64,000 bases of DNA from assembly GCA_964247055.1 (NCBI GenBank), contig OZ176051.1, positions 248,001-312,000 of the forward strand, in the 5' to 3' direction. Source of the stretch: Paragordius varius. Taxonomy: Eukaryota > Animalia > Nematomorpha. The notes under the pieces were generated by a model that was not told the DNA's origin, searched no databases, and worked only from the letters and a program-made list of their open reading frames with translations. Position numbers and translations under genes: made by a program. Below are positions 50,262 through 63,930 of this stretch, piece by piece. Position 1 is the first letter of the stretch. Each line of letters starts with the position of its first letter.

Positions 50262-53200
50262 ATGTATTTTTTAAATATTTAAAAAATTTATTTTATACGA
50301 TTTTAAAAATAAAAATGGTTACGTAAAATCCAAATTTGAACAGATGATGTCACCATTATTTTTTTGGGTAGCCCTATGGTAGTTCCATCATCACCCCAAA
50401 TATTTTCGAGATCGGAGTATAAATGTAATTTTTATGAATTTTTTAAATATTTAAAAAATTTATTTTATACGATTTTAAAAATCAAAATGGCTACCTAAAA
50501 TCCAAATTTGATCAGGTGATGTCGCCATAATTTTTTTTGGGTAGCCCTATGGTAGTTCCATCATCACCCCAAATATTTTCAATGTCGGAGTATTGTAATT
50601 TTTATGAATTTTTTAAATATTTAAAAAATTTATTTTATACGATTTTAAAAATAAAAATGGCTACCTAAAATCCAAATTTGATCAGGTGATGTCACCATAT
50701 ATTTTTTTGGGTAGCCCTATGGTAGTTCCATTATCACCCGAAATATTGTCGAGATCGGAGTATAAATGTAATTTTTTTGAATTTTTTAAATATTTAAAAA
50801 ATTTATTTTATACGATTTTAAAAATAAAAATGGCTACCTAAAATCAAATTTGATCAGGTGATGTCGCCATAATTTTTTTTGGGTAGCCCTATGGTAGTTC
50901 CATCATAACCCCAAATATTTTTGAGATCGGACTTTAAATGTAATTTTAATGAATTTTTTAAATATTTAAAAAATTTATTTTATACGATTTTAAAAATAAA
51001 AATCGCTACCTAAAATCCAAATTTGATCAGGTGATGTCGCCATAATTTTTTTTGTGTAGCCCTATAGTAGTTCCATCATCACCGCAAATATTTTTGAGAT
51101 CGGAGTATAAATGTAATTTTTATGAATTTTTTAAATATTTAAAAAATTTATTTTATACGATTTTAAAAATAAAAATGGCTACCTAAAATCCAAATTTGAT
51201 CAGGTAATGTCACTATAATTTTTTTGGGTAGCCCAATGGTAGTTCCATCATCACCCCAAATATTTTGGGGATCGGACTATAAATGTAATTTTTATGAATT
51301 TTTTAAATATTTAAAAAATTTATTTTATACGATTTTAAAAATAAAAATGGCTACCTAAAATCCAAATTTGATCAGGTGATGTCACTATAATTTTTTTAGT
51401 TAGCCCTATGGTAGTTCCATCATCACCCCAAATATTTTGGGGATCGGACTATAAATGTAATTTTTATGAATTTTTTAAATATTTAAAAAATTTATTTTAT
51501 ACGATTTTAAAAATAAAAATGGCTACCTAAAATCCAAATTTGATCAGGTGATGTCGCCATAATTTTTTTGGGTAGCCCTATGGTAGTTCCATCATAACCC
51601 CAAATATTTTTGAGATCGGACTTTAAATGTAATTTTTATGAATTTTTTAAATATTTAAAAAATTTATTTTATACGATTTTAAAAATAAAAATGGCTACCT
51701 AAAATCCAAATTTGATCAGGTGATGTCACCATAATTTTTTTTCGGTAGCCCTATGGTAGTTCCATCATCACCCCAAATATTTTAGAGATCGGTGTATAAA
51801 TGTAATTTTTATGAATTTTTTAAATATTTAAAAAATTTATTTTATACGATTTTAAAAATAAAAATGGCTACCTAAAATCCAAATTTGATCAGGTGATGTC
51901 ACTATAATTTTTTTGGGTAGCCCTATGGTAGTTCCATCATCACCCCAAATATTTTGGGGATCGGACTATAAATGTAATTTTTATGAATTTTTTAAATATT
52001 TAAAAAATTTATTTTATACGATTTTAAAAATAAAAATAGCTACCTAAAATCCAAATTTGATCAGGTGATGTCACTATAATTTTTTTGGGTAGCCCTATGG
52101 TAGTTCCATCATCACCCCATATATTTTGGGGATCGGACTATAAATGTAATTTTTATGAATTTTTTAAATATTTAAAAAATTTATTTTATACGATTTTAAA
52201 AATAAAAATGGCTACCTAAAATCCAAATTTGATCAGGTGATGTCGCCATAATTTTTTTTGCGTAGCCCTATGGTAGTTCCATCATCAGCCCAAATACTTT
52301 GGGGATCGGACTATAAATGTAATTTTTATGAATTTTTTAAATATTTAAAAAATTTATTTTATACGATTTTAAAAATCAAAATGGCTACCTAAAATCCAAA
52401 TTTGATCAGGTGATGTCGCCATAATTTTTTTGGGTAGCCCTATAGTAGTTCCATCATCACCCCAAATATTTTTGAGATCGGAGTATAAATGTAATTTTTA
52501 TGAATTTTTTAAATATTTAAAAAATTTATTTTATACGATTTTAAAAATAAAAATGGCTACCTAAAATCCAAATTTGATCAGGTGATGTCACCATAATTTT
52601 TTTTGGGTAGCCCTATGGTAGTTCCATCATTACCCCAAATATTGTCGAGATCGGAATATAAATGTAATTTTTTTGAATTTTTTAAATATTTAAAAAATTT
52701 ATTTTATACGATTTTAAAAATAAAAATGGCTACCTAAAATCCAAATTTGATCAGGTGATGTCGCCATAATTTTTTTTGGGTAGCCCTATGGTAGTTCCAT
52801 CATCACCCCAAATATTTTTGAGATCGGAGTATAAATGTAATTTTTATGAATTTTTTAAATATTTAAAAAATTTATTTTATACGATTTTAAAAATAAAAAT
52901 GGCTACCTAAAATCCAAATTTGATCAGGTGATGTCACTCTAATTTTTTTGGGTAGCCCTATGGTAGTTCCATCATCACCCCAAATATTTTGGGGATCGGA
53001 CTATAAATGTAATAATTTTTTAAATATTTAAAAAATTTATTTTATACGATTTTAAAAATAAAAATGGCTACCTAAAATCCAAATTTGATCAGGTGATGTC
53101 GCCATAATTTTTTTGGGTAGCCCTATGGTAGTTCCATCATCACCCCAAATATTTTGGGGATCGGATTATAAATGTAATTTTTATGAATTTTTTAAATATT

Positions 53201-56200
53201 TAAAAAATTTATTTTATACGATTTTAAAAATAAAAATGGCTACCTAAAATCCAAATTTGATCAGGTGATGTCACCATAATTTTTTTTGGGTAGCCCTATG
53301 GTAGTTCCATCATTACCCCAAATATTGTCGAGATCGGAATATAAATGTAATTTTTTTGAATTTTTTAAATATTTAAAAAATTTATTTTATACGATTTTAA
53401 AAATAAAAATGGCTACCTAAAATCCAAATTTGATCAGGTGATGTCGCCATAATTTTTTTTCGGTAGCCCTATGGTAGTTCCATCATCACCCCAAATATTT
53501 TTGAGATCGGAGTATAAATGTAATTTTTATGAATTTTTTAAATATTTAAAAAATTTATTTTATACGATTTTAAAAATAAAAATGGCTACCTAAAATCCAA
53601 ATTTGATCAGGTGATGTAACTATAATTTTTTTGGGTAGCCCTATGGTAGTTCCATCATCACCCCAAATATTTTGGGGATCGGACTATAAATGTAATTTTT
53701 ATGAATTTTTTAAATATTTAAAAAATTTATTTTATACGATTTTAAAAATAAAAATGGCTACCTAAAATCCAAATTTGATCAGGTGATGTCGCCATAATTT
53801 TTTTTGGGTAGCCCTATAGTAGTTCCATCATCACCCCAAATATTTTTGAGATCGGAGTATAAATGTAATTTTTATGAATTTTTTAAATATTTAAAAAATT
53901 TATTTTATACGATTTTAAAAATAAAAATGGCTACCTAAAATCCAAATTTGATCAGGTGATGTCACCATAATTTTTTTTGGGTAGCCCTATGGTAGTTCCA
54001 TCATTACCCCAAATATTGTCGAGATCGGAGTATAAATGTAATTTTTATGAATTTTTTAAATATTTAAAAAATTTATTTTATACGATTTTAAAAATAAAAA
54101 TGGCTACCTAAAATCCAAATTTGATCAGGTGATGTCACTATAATTTTTTTGGGTAGCCCTATGGTAGTTCCATCATCACCCCAAATATTTTGGGGATCGG
54201 ACTATAAATGTAATTTTTATGAATTTTATAAATATTTAAAAAATTTATTTTATACGATTTTAAAAATAAAAATGGCTACCTAAAATCCAAATTTGATCAG
54301 GTGATGTCGCCATAATTTTTTTTGGGTAGCCCTATGGTAGTTCCATCATCACCCCAAATATTGTCGAGATCGGAGTATAAATGTAATTTTTTTGAATTTT
54401 TTAAATATTTAAAAAATTTATTTTATACGATTTTAAAAATAAAAATGTCTACCTAAAATCCAAATTTGATCAGGTGATGTCGCCATAATTTTTTTTGGGT
54501 AGCCCTATGGTAGTTCCATCATCACCCCAAATATTTTGGGGATCGGATTATAAATGTAATTTTTATGAATTTTTTAAATATTTAAAAAATTTATTTTATA
54601 CGATTTTAAAAATAAAAATGGCTACCTAAAATCCAAATTTGATCAGGTGATGTCACCATAATTTTTTTTGGGTAGCCCTATGGTAGTTCCATCATTACCC
54701 CAAATATTGTCGAGATCGGAGTATAAATGTAATTTTTTTGAATTTTTTAAATATTTAAAAAATTTATTTTATACGATTTTAAAAATAAAAATGGCTTCCT
54801 AAAATCCAAATTTGATCAGGTGATGTCGCCATAATTTTTTTTGGGTAGCCCTATGGTAGTTCCATCATAACCCCAAATATTTTTGAGATCGGACTTTAAA
54901 TGTAATTTTTATGAATTTTTTAAATATTTAAAAAATTTATTTTATACGATTTTAAAAATAAAAATAGCTACCTAAAATCCAAATTTGATCAGGTGATGTC
55001 GCCATAATTTTTTTTGGGTAGCCCTATGGTAGTTCCATCATCACCCCAAATATTTTGGGGATCGGATTATAAATGTAATTTTTATGAATTTTTTAAATAT
55101 TTAAAAAATTTATTTTATACGATTTTAAAAATAAAAATGGCTACCTAAAATCCAAATTTGATCAGGTGATGTCACCATAATTTTTTTTGGGTAGCCCTAT
55201 GGTAGTTCCATCATTACCCCAAATATTGTCGAGATCGGATAATAAATGTAATTTTTTTGAATTTTTTAAATATTTAAAAAATTTATTTTATACGATTTTA
55301 AAAATAAAAATGGCTAAAATCCAAATTTGATCAGGTGATGTCACCATAATTTTTTTTGGGTAGCCCTATGGTAGTTCCATCATCACCCCAAATATTTTTG
55401 AGATCGGAGTATAAATGTAATTTTTATGAATTTTTTAAATATTTAAAAAATTTATTTTATACGATTTTAAAAATAAAAATGGCTACCTAAAATCCAAATT
55501 TGATCAGGTGATGTCACTATAATTTTTTTGGGTAGCCCTATGGTAGTTCCATCATCACCCCAAATATTTTGGGGATCGGACTATAAATGTAATTTTTATG
55601 AATTTTTTAAATATTTAAAAAATTTATTTTATACGATTTTAAAAATAAAAATGGCTACCTAAAATCCAAATTTGATCAGGTGATGTCGCCATAATTTTTT
55701 TTGGGTAGCCCTATGGTAGTTCCATCATCACCCCAAATATTTTTGAGATCGGAGTATAAATGTAATTTTTATGAATTTTTTAAATATTTAAAAAATTTAT
55801 TTTATACGATTTTAAAAATAAAAATGGCTACCTAAAATCCAAATTTGATCAGGTGATGTCGCCATAATTTTTTTTGGGTAGCCCTATGGTAGTTCCATCA
55901 TCACCCCAAATATTTTGGGGATCGAATTATAAATGTAATTTTTATGAATTTTTTAAATATTTAAAAAATTTATTTTATACGATTTTAAAAATAAAAATGG
56001 CTACCTAAAATCCAAATTTGATCAGGTGATGTCACCATAATTTTTTTTGGGTAGCCCTATGGTAGTTCCATCATTACCCCAAATATTGTCGAGATCGGAG
56101 TATAAATGTAATTTTTTTGAATTTTTTAAATATTTAAAAAATTTATTTTATACGATTTTAAAAATAAAAATGGCTACCTAAAATCCAAATTTGATCAGGT

Positions 56201-59200
56201 GATGTCGCCATAATTTTTTTTGGGTAGCCCTATGGTAGTTCCATCATCACCCCAAATACTTTGGGGATCGGACTATAAATGTAATTTTTATGAATTTTTT
56301 AAATATTTAAAAAATTTATTTTATACGATTTTAAAAATAAAAATGGCTACCTAAAATCCAAATTTGATCAGATGATGTCACCATAATTTTTTTTGGGTAG
56401 CCCTATGGTAGTTCCATCATCACCCCAAATATTTTTGAGATCGGAGTATAAATGTAATTTTTATGAATTTTTTAAATATTTAAAAAATTTATTTTATACG
56501 ATTTTAAAAATAAAAATGGCTACCTAAAATCCAAATTTGATCAGGTGATGTCACTATAATTTTTTTGGGTAGCCCTATGGTAGTTCCATCATCACCCCAA
56601 ATATTTTGGGGATCGGACTATAAATGTAATTTTTATGAATTTTTTAAATATTTAAAAAATTTATTTTATACGATTTTAAAAATAAAAATGGCTACCTAAA
56701 ATCCAAATTTGATCAGGTGATGTCGCCATAATTTTTTTTGGGTACCCCTATAGTAGTTCCATCATCACCCCAAATATTTTTGAGATCGGAGTATAAATGT
56801 AATTTTTATGAATTTTTTAAATATTTAAAAAATTTATTTTATACGATTTTAAAAATAAAAATGGCTTCCTAAAATCCAAATTTGATCAGGTGATGTCGCC
56901 ATAATTTTTTTTGGGTAGCCCTATGGTAGTTCCATCATCACCCCAAATATTTTGGGGATCGGATTATAAATGTAATTTTTATGAATTTTTTAAATATTTA
57001 AAAAATTTATTTTATACGATTTTAAAAATAAAAATAGCTACCTAAAATCCAAATTTGATCAGGTGATGTCGCCATAATTTTTTTTGGGTAGCCCTATGGT
57101 AGTTCCATCATTACCCCAAATATTGTCGAGATCGGAGTATAAATGTAATTTTTTTGAATTTTTTAAATATTTAAAAAATTTATTTTATACGATTTTAAAA
57201 ATAAAAATGGCTACCTAAAATCCAAATTTGATCAGGTGATGTCACTATAATTTTTTTGGGTAGCCCTATGGTAGTTCCATCATCACCCCAAATATTTTGG
57301 GGATCGGACTATAAATGTAATTTTTATGAATTTTTTAAATATTTAAAAAATTTATTTTATACGATTTTAAAAATAAAAATGGCTACCTAAAATCCAAATT
57401 TGATCAGGTGATGTCGCCATAATTTTTTTTGGGTACCCCTATAGTAGTTCCATCATCACCCCAAATATTTTTGAGATCGGAGTATAAATGTAATTTTTAT
57501 GAATTTTTTAAATATTTAAAAAATTTATTTTATACGATTTTAAAAATAAAAATGGCTAAAATCCAAATTTGATCAGGTGATGTCACCATAATTTTTTTTG
57601 GGTAGCCCTATGGTAGTTCCATCATTACCCCAAATATTGTCGAGATCGGAGTATAAATGTAATTTTTTTGAATTTTTTAAATATTTAAAAAATTTATTTT
57701 ATACGATTTTAAAAATAAAAATGGCTACCTAAAATCCAAATTTGATCAGGTGATGTCACTATAATTTTTTTGGGTAGCCCTATGGTAGTTCCATCATCAC
57801 CCCAAATATTTTGGGGATCGGACTATAAATGTAATTTTTATGAATTTTTTAAATATTTAAAAAATTTATTTTATACGATTTTAAAAATAAAAATGGCTAC
57901 CTAAAATCCAAATTTGATCAGGTGATGTCGCCATAATTTTTTTTGGGTACCCCTATAGTAGTTCCATCATCACCCCAAATATTTTTGAGATCGGAGTATA
58001 AATGTAATTTTTATGAATTTTTTAAATATTTAAAAAATTTATTTTATACGATTTTAAAAATAAAAATGGCTACCTAAAATCCAAATTTGATCAGGTGATG
58101 TCGCCATAATTTTTTTTGGGTAGCCCTATGGTAGTTCCATCATCACCCCAAATATTTTGGGGATCGGATTATAAATGTAATTTTTATGAATTTTTTAAAT
58201 ATTTAAAAAATTTATTTTATACGATTTTAAAAATAAAAATGGCTAAAATCCAAATTTGATCAGGTGATGTCACCATAATTTTTTTTGGGTAGCCCTATGG
58301 TAGTTCCATCATTACCCCAAATATTGTCGAGATCGGAGTATAAATGTAATTTTTTTGAATTTTTTAAATATTTAAAAAATTTATTTTATACGATTTTAAA
58401 AATAAAAATGGCTACCTAAAATCCAAATTTGATCAGGTGATGTCGCCATAATTTTTTTTGGGTAGCCCTATGGTAGTTCCATCATCACCCCAAATACTTT
58501 GGGGATCGGACTATAAATGTAATTTTTATGAATTTTTTAAATATTTAAAAAATTTATTTTATACGATTTTAAAAATAAAAATGGCTAAAATCCAAATTTG
58601 ATCAGGTGATGTCACCATAATTTTTTTTGGGTAGCCCTATGGTAGTTCCATCATTACCCCAAATATTGTCGAGATCGGAGTATAAATGTAATTTTTTTGA
58701 ATTTTTTAAATATTTAAAAAATTTATTTTATACGATTTTAAAAATAAAAATGGCTACCTAAAATCCAAATTTGATCAGGTGATGTCACCATAATTTTTTT
58801 TGGGTAGCCCTATGGTAGTTCCATCATCACCCCAAATACTTTGGGGATCGGACTATAAATGTAATTTTTATGAATTTTTTAAATATTTAAAAAATTTATT
58901 TTATACGATTTTAAAAATAAAAATGGCTACCTAAAATCCAAATTTGATCAGATGATGTCACCATAATTTTTTTTGGGTAGCCCTATGGTAGTTCCATCAT
59001 CACCCCAAATATTTTCGAGATCGGAGTATAAATGTAATTTTTATGAATTATATATTTAAAAAATTTATTTTATACGATTTTAAAAATAAAAATGGCTACC
59101 TAAAATCCAAATTTGATCAGGTGATGTCACCATAATTTTTTTTGGGTAGCCCTATGGTAGTTCCATCATCACCCCAAATATTGTCGAGATCAGAGTATAA

Positions 59201-60661
59201 ATGTAATTTTTTTGAATTTTTTAAATATTTAAAAAATTTATTTTATACCATTTTAAAAATAAAAATGGCTACCTAAAATCCAAATTTGATCAGGTGATGT
59301 CGCCATAATTTTTTTTGAGTAGCCCTATGGTAGTTCCATCATAACCCCAAATATTTTTGAGATCGGACTTTAAATGTAATTTTTATAAATTTTTTAAATA
59401 TTTGAAAAATTTATTTTATACGATTTTAAAAATAAAAATGGCTACCTAAAATCCAAATTTCATCAGGTGATGTCGCCATAATTTTTTTTGGGTAGCCCTA
59501 TAGTAGTTCCATCATCACCCCAAATATTTTTGAGATCGGAGTATAAATGTAATTTTTATGAATTTTTTAAATATTTAAAAAATTTATTTTATACGATTTT
59601 AAAAATAAAAATGGCTACCTAAAATCCAAATTTGATCAGGTGATGTCGCCATAATTTTTTGTGGGTAGCCCTATGGTAGTTCCATCATCACCCCAAATAT
59701 TTTGGGGATCGGATTATAAATGTAATTTTTATGAATTTTTTAAATATTTAAAAAATTTATTTTATACGATTTTAAAAATAAAAATGGCTACCTAAAATCC
59801 AAATTTGATCAGGTGATGTCACCATAATTTTTTTTGGGTAGCCCTATGGTAGTTCCATCATTACCCCAAATATTGTCGAGATCGGAGTATAAATGTAATT
59901 TTTTTGAATTTTTTAAATATTTAAAAAATTTATTTTATACGATTTTAAAAATAAAAATGGCTACCTAAAATCCAAATTTGATCAGGTGATGTCGCCATAA
60001 TTTTTTTTGGGTAGCCCTATGGTAGTTCCATCATCACCCCAAATACTTTGGGGATCGGACTATAAATGTAATTTTTATGAATTTTTTAAATATTTAAAAA
60101 ATTTATTTTATACGATTTTAAAAATAAAAATGGCTACCTAAAATCCAAATTTGATCAGATGATGTCACCATAATTTTTTTTGGGTAGCCCTATGGTAGTT
60201 CCATCATCACCCCAAATATTTTCGAGATCGCAGTATAAATGTAATTTTTATAAATTTTTTAAATATTTAAAAAATTTATTTTATAAGATTTTAAAAATAA
60301 AAATGGCTACCTAAAATCCAAATTTGATCAGGTGATGTCACCATAATTTATTTGGGTAGCCCTATGGTAGTTCCATCATCACCCCAAATATTTTGGGGAT
60401 CGGACTATAAATGTAATTTTTATGAATATTTTAAATATTTAAAAAATTTATTTTATACGATTTTAAAAAAAATGGCTACCTAAAATCCAAATTTGATCAG
60501 GTGATGTCGCCATAATTTTTTTTGGGTAGCCCTATGGTAGTTCCATCATCACCCCAAATACTTTGGGGATCGGAGTATAAATGTAATTTTTATAAATTTT
60601 TTAAATATTTAAAAAATTTATTTTATAAGATTTTAAAAATAAAAATGGCTACCTAAAATCC

Positions 60662-61521
60662 AAATTTGATCAGGTGATGTCACCATAATTTATTTGGGTA
60701 GCCCTATGGTAGTTCCATCATCACCCCAAATATTTTGGGGATCGGACTATAAATGTAATTTTTATGAATTTTTTAAATATTTAAAAAATTTATTTTATAA
60801 GATTTTAAAAATAAAAATGGCTACCTAAAATCCAAATTTGATCAGGTGATGTCACCATAATTTATTTGGGTAGCCCTATGGTAGTTCCATCATCACCCCA
60901 AATATTTTGGGGATCGGACTATAAATGTAATTTTTATGAATTTTTTAAATATTTAAAAAATTTATTTTATAAGATTTTAAAAATAAAAATGGCTACCTAA
61001 AATCCAAATTTGATCAGGTGATGTCACCATAATTTATTTGGGTAGCCCTATGGTAGTTCCATCATCACCCCAAATATTTTGGGGATCGGACTATAAATGT
61101 AATTTTTATGAATTTTTTAAATATTTAAAAAATTTATTTTATAAGATTTTAAAAATAAAAATGGCTACCTAAAATCCAAATTTGATCAGGTGATGTCACC
61201 ATAATTTATTTGGGTAGCCCTATGGTAGTTCCATCATCACCCCAAATATTTTGGGGATCGGACTATAAATGTAATTTTTATGAATTTTTTAAATATTTAA
61301 AAAATTTATTTTATAAGATTTTAAAAATAAAAATGGCTACCTAAAATCCAAATTTGATCAGGTGATGTCACCATAATTTATTTGGGTAGCCCTATGGTAG
61401 TTCCATCATCACCCCAAATATTTTGGGGATCGGACTATAAATGTAATTTTTATGAATTTTTTAAATATTTAAAAAATTTATTTTATACGATTTTAAAAAT
61501 AAAAATGGCTACCTAAAATCC
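60662..61521 (+). repeat. Run of five essentially identical 172-bp variant monomers
   Basis: Anchors at 60662, 60834, 61006, 61178 and 61350; all carry ATTTATTTGGG and the GGGG/GACT haplotype; the first four carry TATAAGATT. Confidence 0.93.
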
Positions 61522-62880
61522 AAATTTGATCAGGTGATGTCACCATAATTTTTTTTGGGTAACCCTATGGTGGTTCCATCATCACCCCAAATATTTTTGA
61601 GAATGGACTTTAAATGTAATTTTTATGAATTTTTTAAATATTTAAAAAATTTATTTTATACGATTTTAAAAATAAAAATGGCTACCTAAAATCCAAATTT
61701 GATCAGGTGATGTTGCCATAATTTTTTTTGGGAGCCCTATGGTAGTTCCATCATCACCCCAAATATTTTGGGGATCGGAGTATAAATGTAATTTTTATGA
61801 ATTTTTTAAATATTTAAAAAATTTATTTTATACGATTTTAAAAATAAAAATGGCGACCTAAAATCCAAATTTGCTCAGGTGATGTCTCCATAATTTTTTT
61901 TGGGTAGCCCTATGGTAGTTCCATCATTACCCCAAATATTTTGGGGATCGGACTATAAATGTAATTTTTATGAATTTTTTAAATATTTAAAAAATTTATC
62001 TTATACGATTTTAAAAATAAAAATGGCTACCTAAAATACAAATTTGATCAGGTGATGTCACCATAATTTTTTTTGGGTAGCCCTATGGTAGTTCCATCAT
62101 CACCCCAAATATTTTCGAGATCGGAGTATAAATGTAATTTTTATGCATTTTTTAAATATTTATAAAATTGATTTTATACGATTTTAAAAATAAAAATGGC
62201 TACCTAAAATACAAATTTGATCAGGTGATGTCACCATAATTTTTTTTGGGTAACCCTATGGTGGTTCCATCATCACCCCAAATATTTTTGAGATCGGACT
62301 TTAAATGTAATTTTTATGAATTTTTTAAATATTTAAAAAATTTATTTTATACGATTTTAAAAATAAAAATGGATACCTAAAATCCAAATTTGATCAGGTG
62401 ATGTCGCCATAATTTTTTTTGGGTAGCCCTATGGTAGTTCCATCATCACCCCAAATATTTTGGGGATCGGACTATAAATGTAATTTTTATGAATTTTATA
62501 AATATTTAAAAAATTTATTTTATACGATTTTAAAAATAAAAATGGCTACCTAAAATCCAAATTTCATCAGGTGATGTCACCATAATTTTTTTTGGGTAGC
62601 GCTATGGTAGTTCCATCATCACCCCAAATATTTTCGAGATCGGAGTATAAATGTTATTTTAATGAATTTTTTAAATATTTAAAAAATTTATTTTATACGA
62701 TTTTAAAAATAAAAATGGCTACCTAAAATCCAAATTTGATCAGGTGATGTCGCCATAATTTTTTTGGGTAGCCCTATGGTAGTTCTATCATCCCCAAATA
62801 TTTTTGAGATCGGACTTTAAATGTAATTTTTATGAATTTTTTAAATATTTAAAAAATTTATTTTATACGATTTTAAAAAT

Positions 62881-63930
62881 AAAAATGGCTACTTAAAATC
62901 CAAATTTGATCAGGTGATGTCGCCATAATTTTTTTTGGGTAGCCCTATAGTAGTTCCATCATCACCCCAAATATTTTTGAGATCGGAGTATAAATGTAAT
63001 TTTTATGAATTTTTTAAATATTTAAAAAATTGATTTTATACGATTTTAAAAATAAAAATGGCTACCTAAAATCCATATTTGATCAGGTGATGTCGCCATA
63101 ATTTTTTTTGGGTAGCCCTATGGTAGTTCCATCATCACCCTAAATATTTTCGAGATCGGAGTATAAATGTAATTTTTATGCATTTTTTAAATATTTAAAA
63201 AATTTATTTTATACGATTTTAAAAATAAAAATGGCTACCTAAAATACAAATTTGATCAGGTGATGTCACCATAATTTTTTTTGGGTAACCCTATGGTGGT
63301 TCCATGATCACCCTAAATATTTTTGAGATCGGAGTATAAATGTAATTTTTATGAATTTATTTAAAAAATTTATTTTATACGATTTTAAAAATAAAAATGG
63401 ATACCTAAAATCCAAATTTGATCAGGTGATGTCGCCATAATTTTTTTTGGGTAGCCCTATGGTAGTTTCATCATCACCCCAAATATTGTCGAGATCGGAC
63501 TTTAAATGTAATTTTTATGAATTTTTTAAATATTTAAAAAATTTATTTTATACGATTTAAAAATAAAAATGGCTACTTAAAATCCAAATTTGATCAGGTG
63601 ATGTCGCCATAATTTTTTTTGGGTAGCCCTATAGTAGTTCCATCATCACCCCAAATATTTTTGAGATCGGAGTATAAATGTAATTTTTATGAATTTTTTA
63701 AATATTTAAAAAATTGATTTTATACGATTTTAAAAATAAAAATGGCTACCTAAAATCCATATTTGATCAGGTGATGTCGCCATAATTTTTTTTGGGTAGC
63801 CCTATGGTAGTTCCATCATCACCCTAAATATTTTGGGGATCGGAGTATAAATGTAATTTTTATGAATTTTTTAAATATTTAAAAAATTTATTTTATACGA
63901 TTTTAAAAATAAAAATGGCTACCTAAAATC
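62881..63930 (+). repeat. Partial duplication with 4-monomer period (684 bp)
   Basis: ACTTAAAA (62891/63575), AATTGATTT, TCCATATTT and ACCCTAAA repeat in order. Confidence 0.85.

Larger units (their letters stand above)
45906..52224 (+). repeat. Near-perfect tandem duplication of 18 monomers (45906-49065, 49066-52224; period 3160/3159 bp)
   Basis: All rare markers, including the 66-bp insertion, recur at +3160; the only difference I noticed is T7 versus T6 near 47281/50440. Confidence 0.93.
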
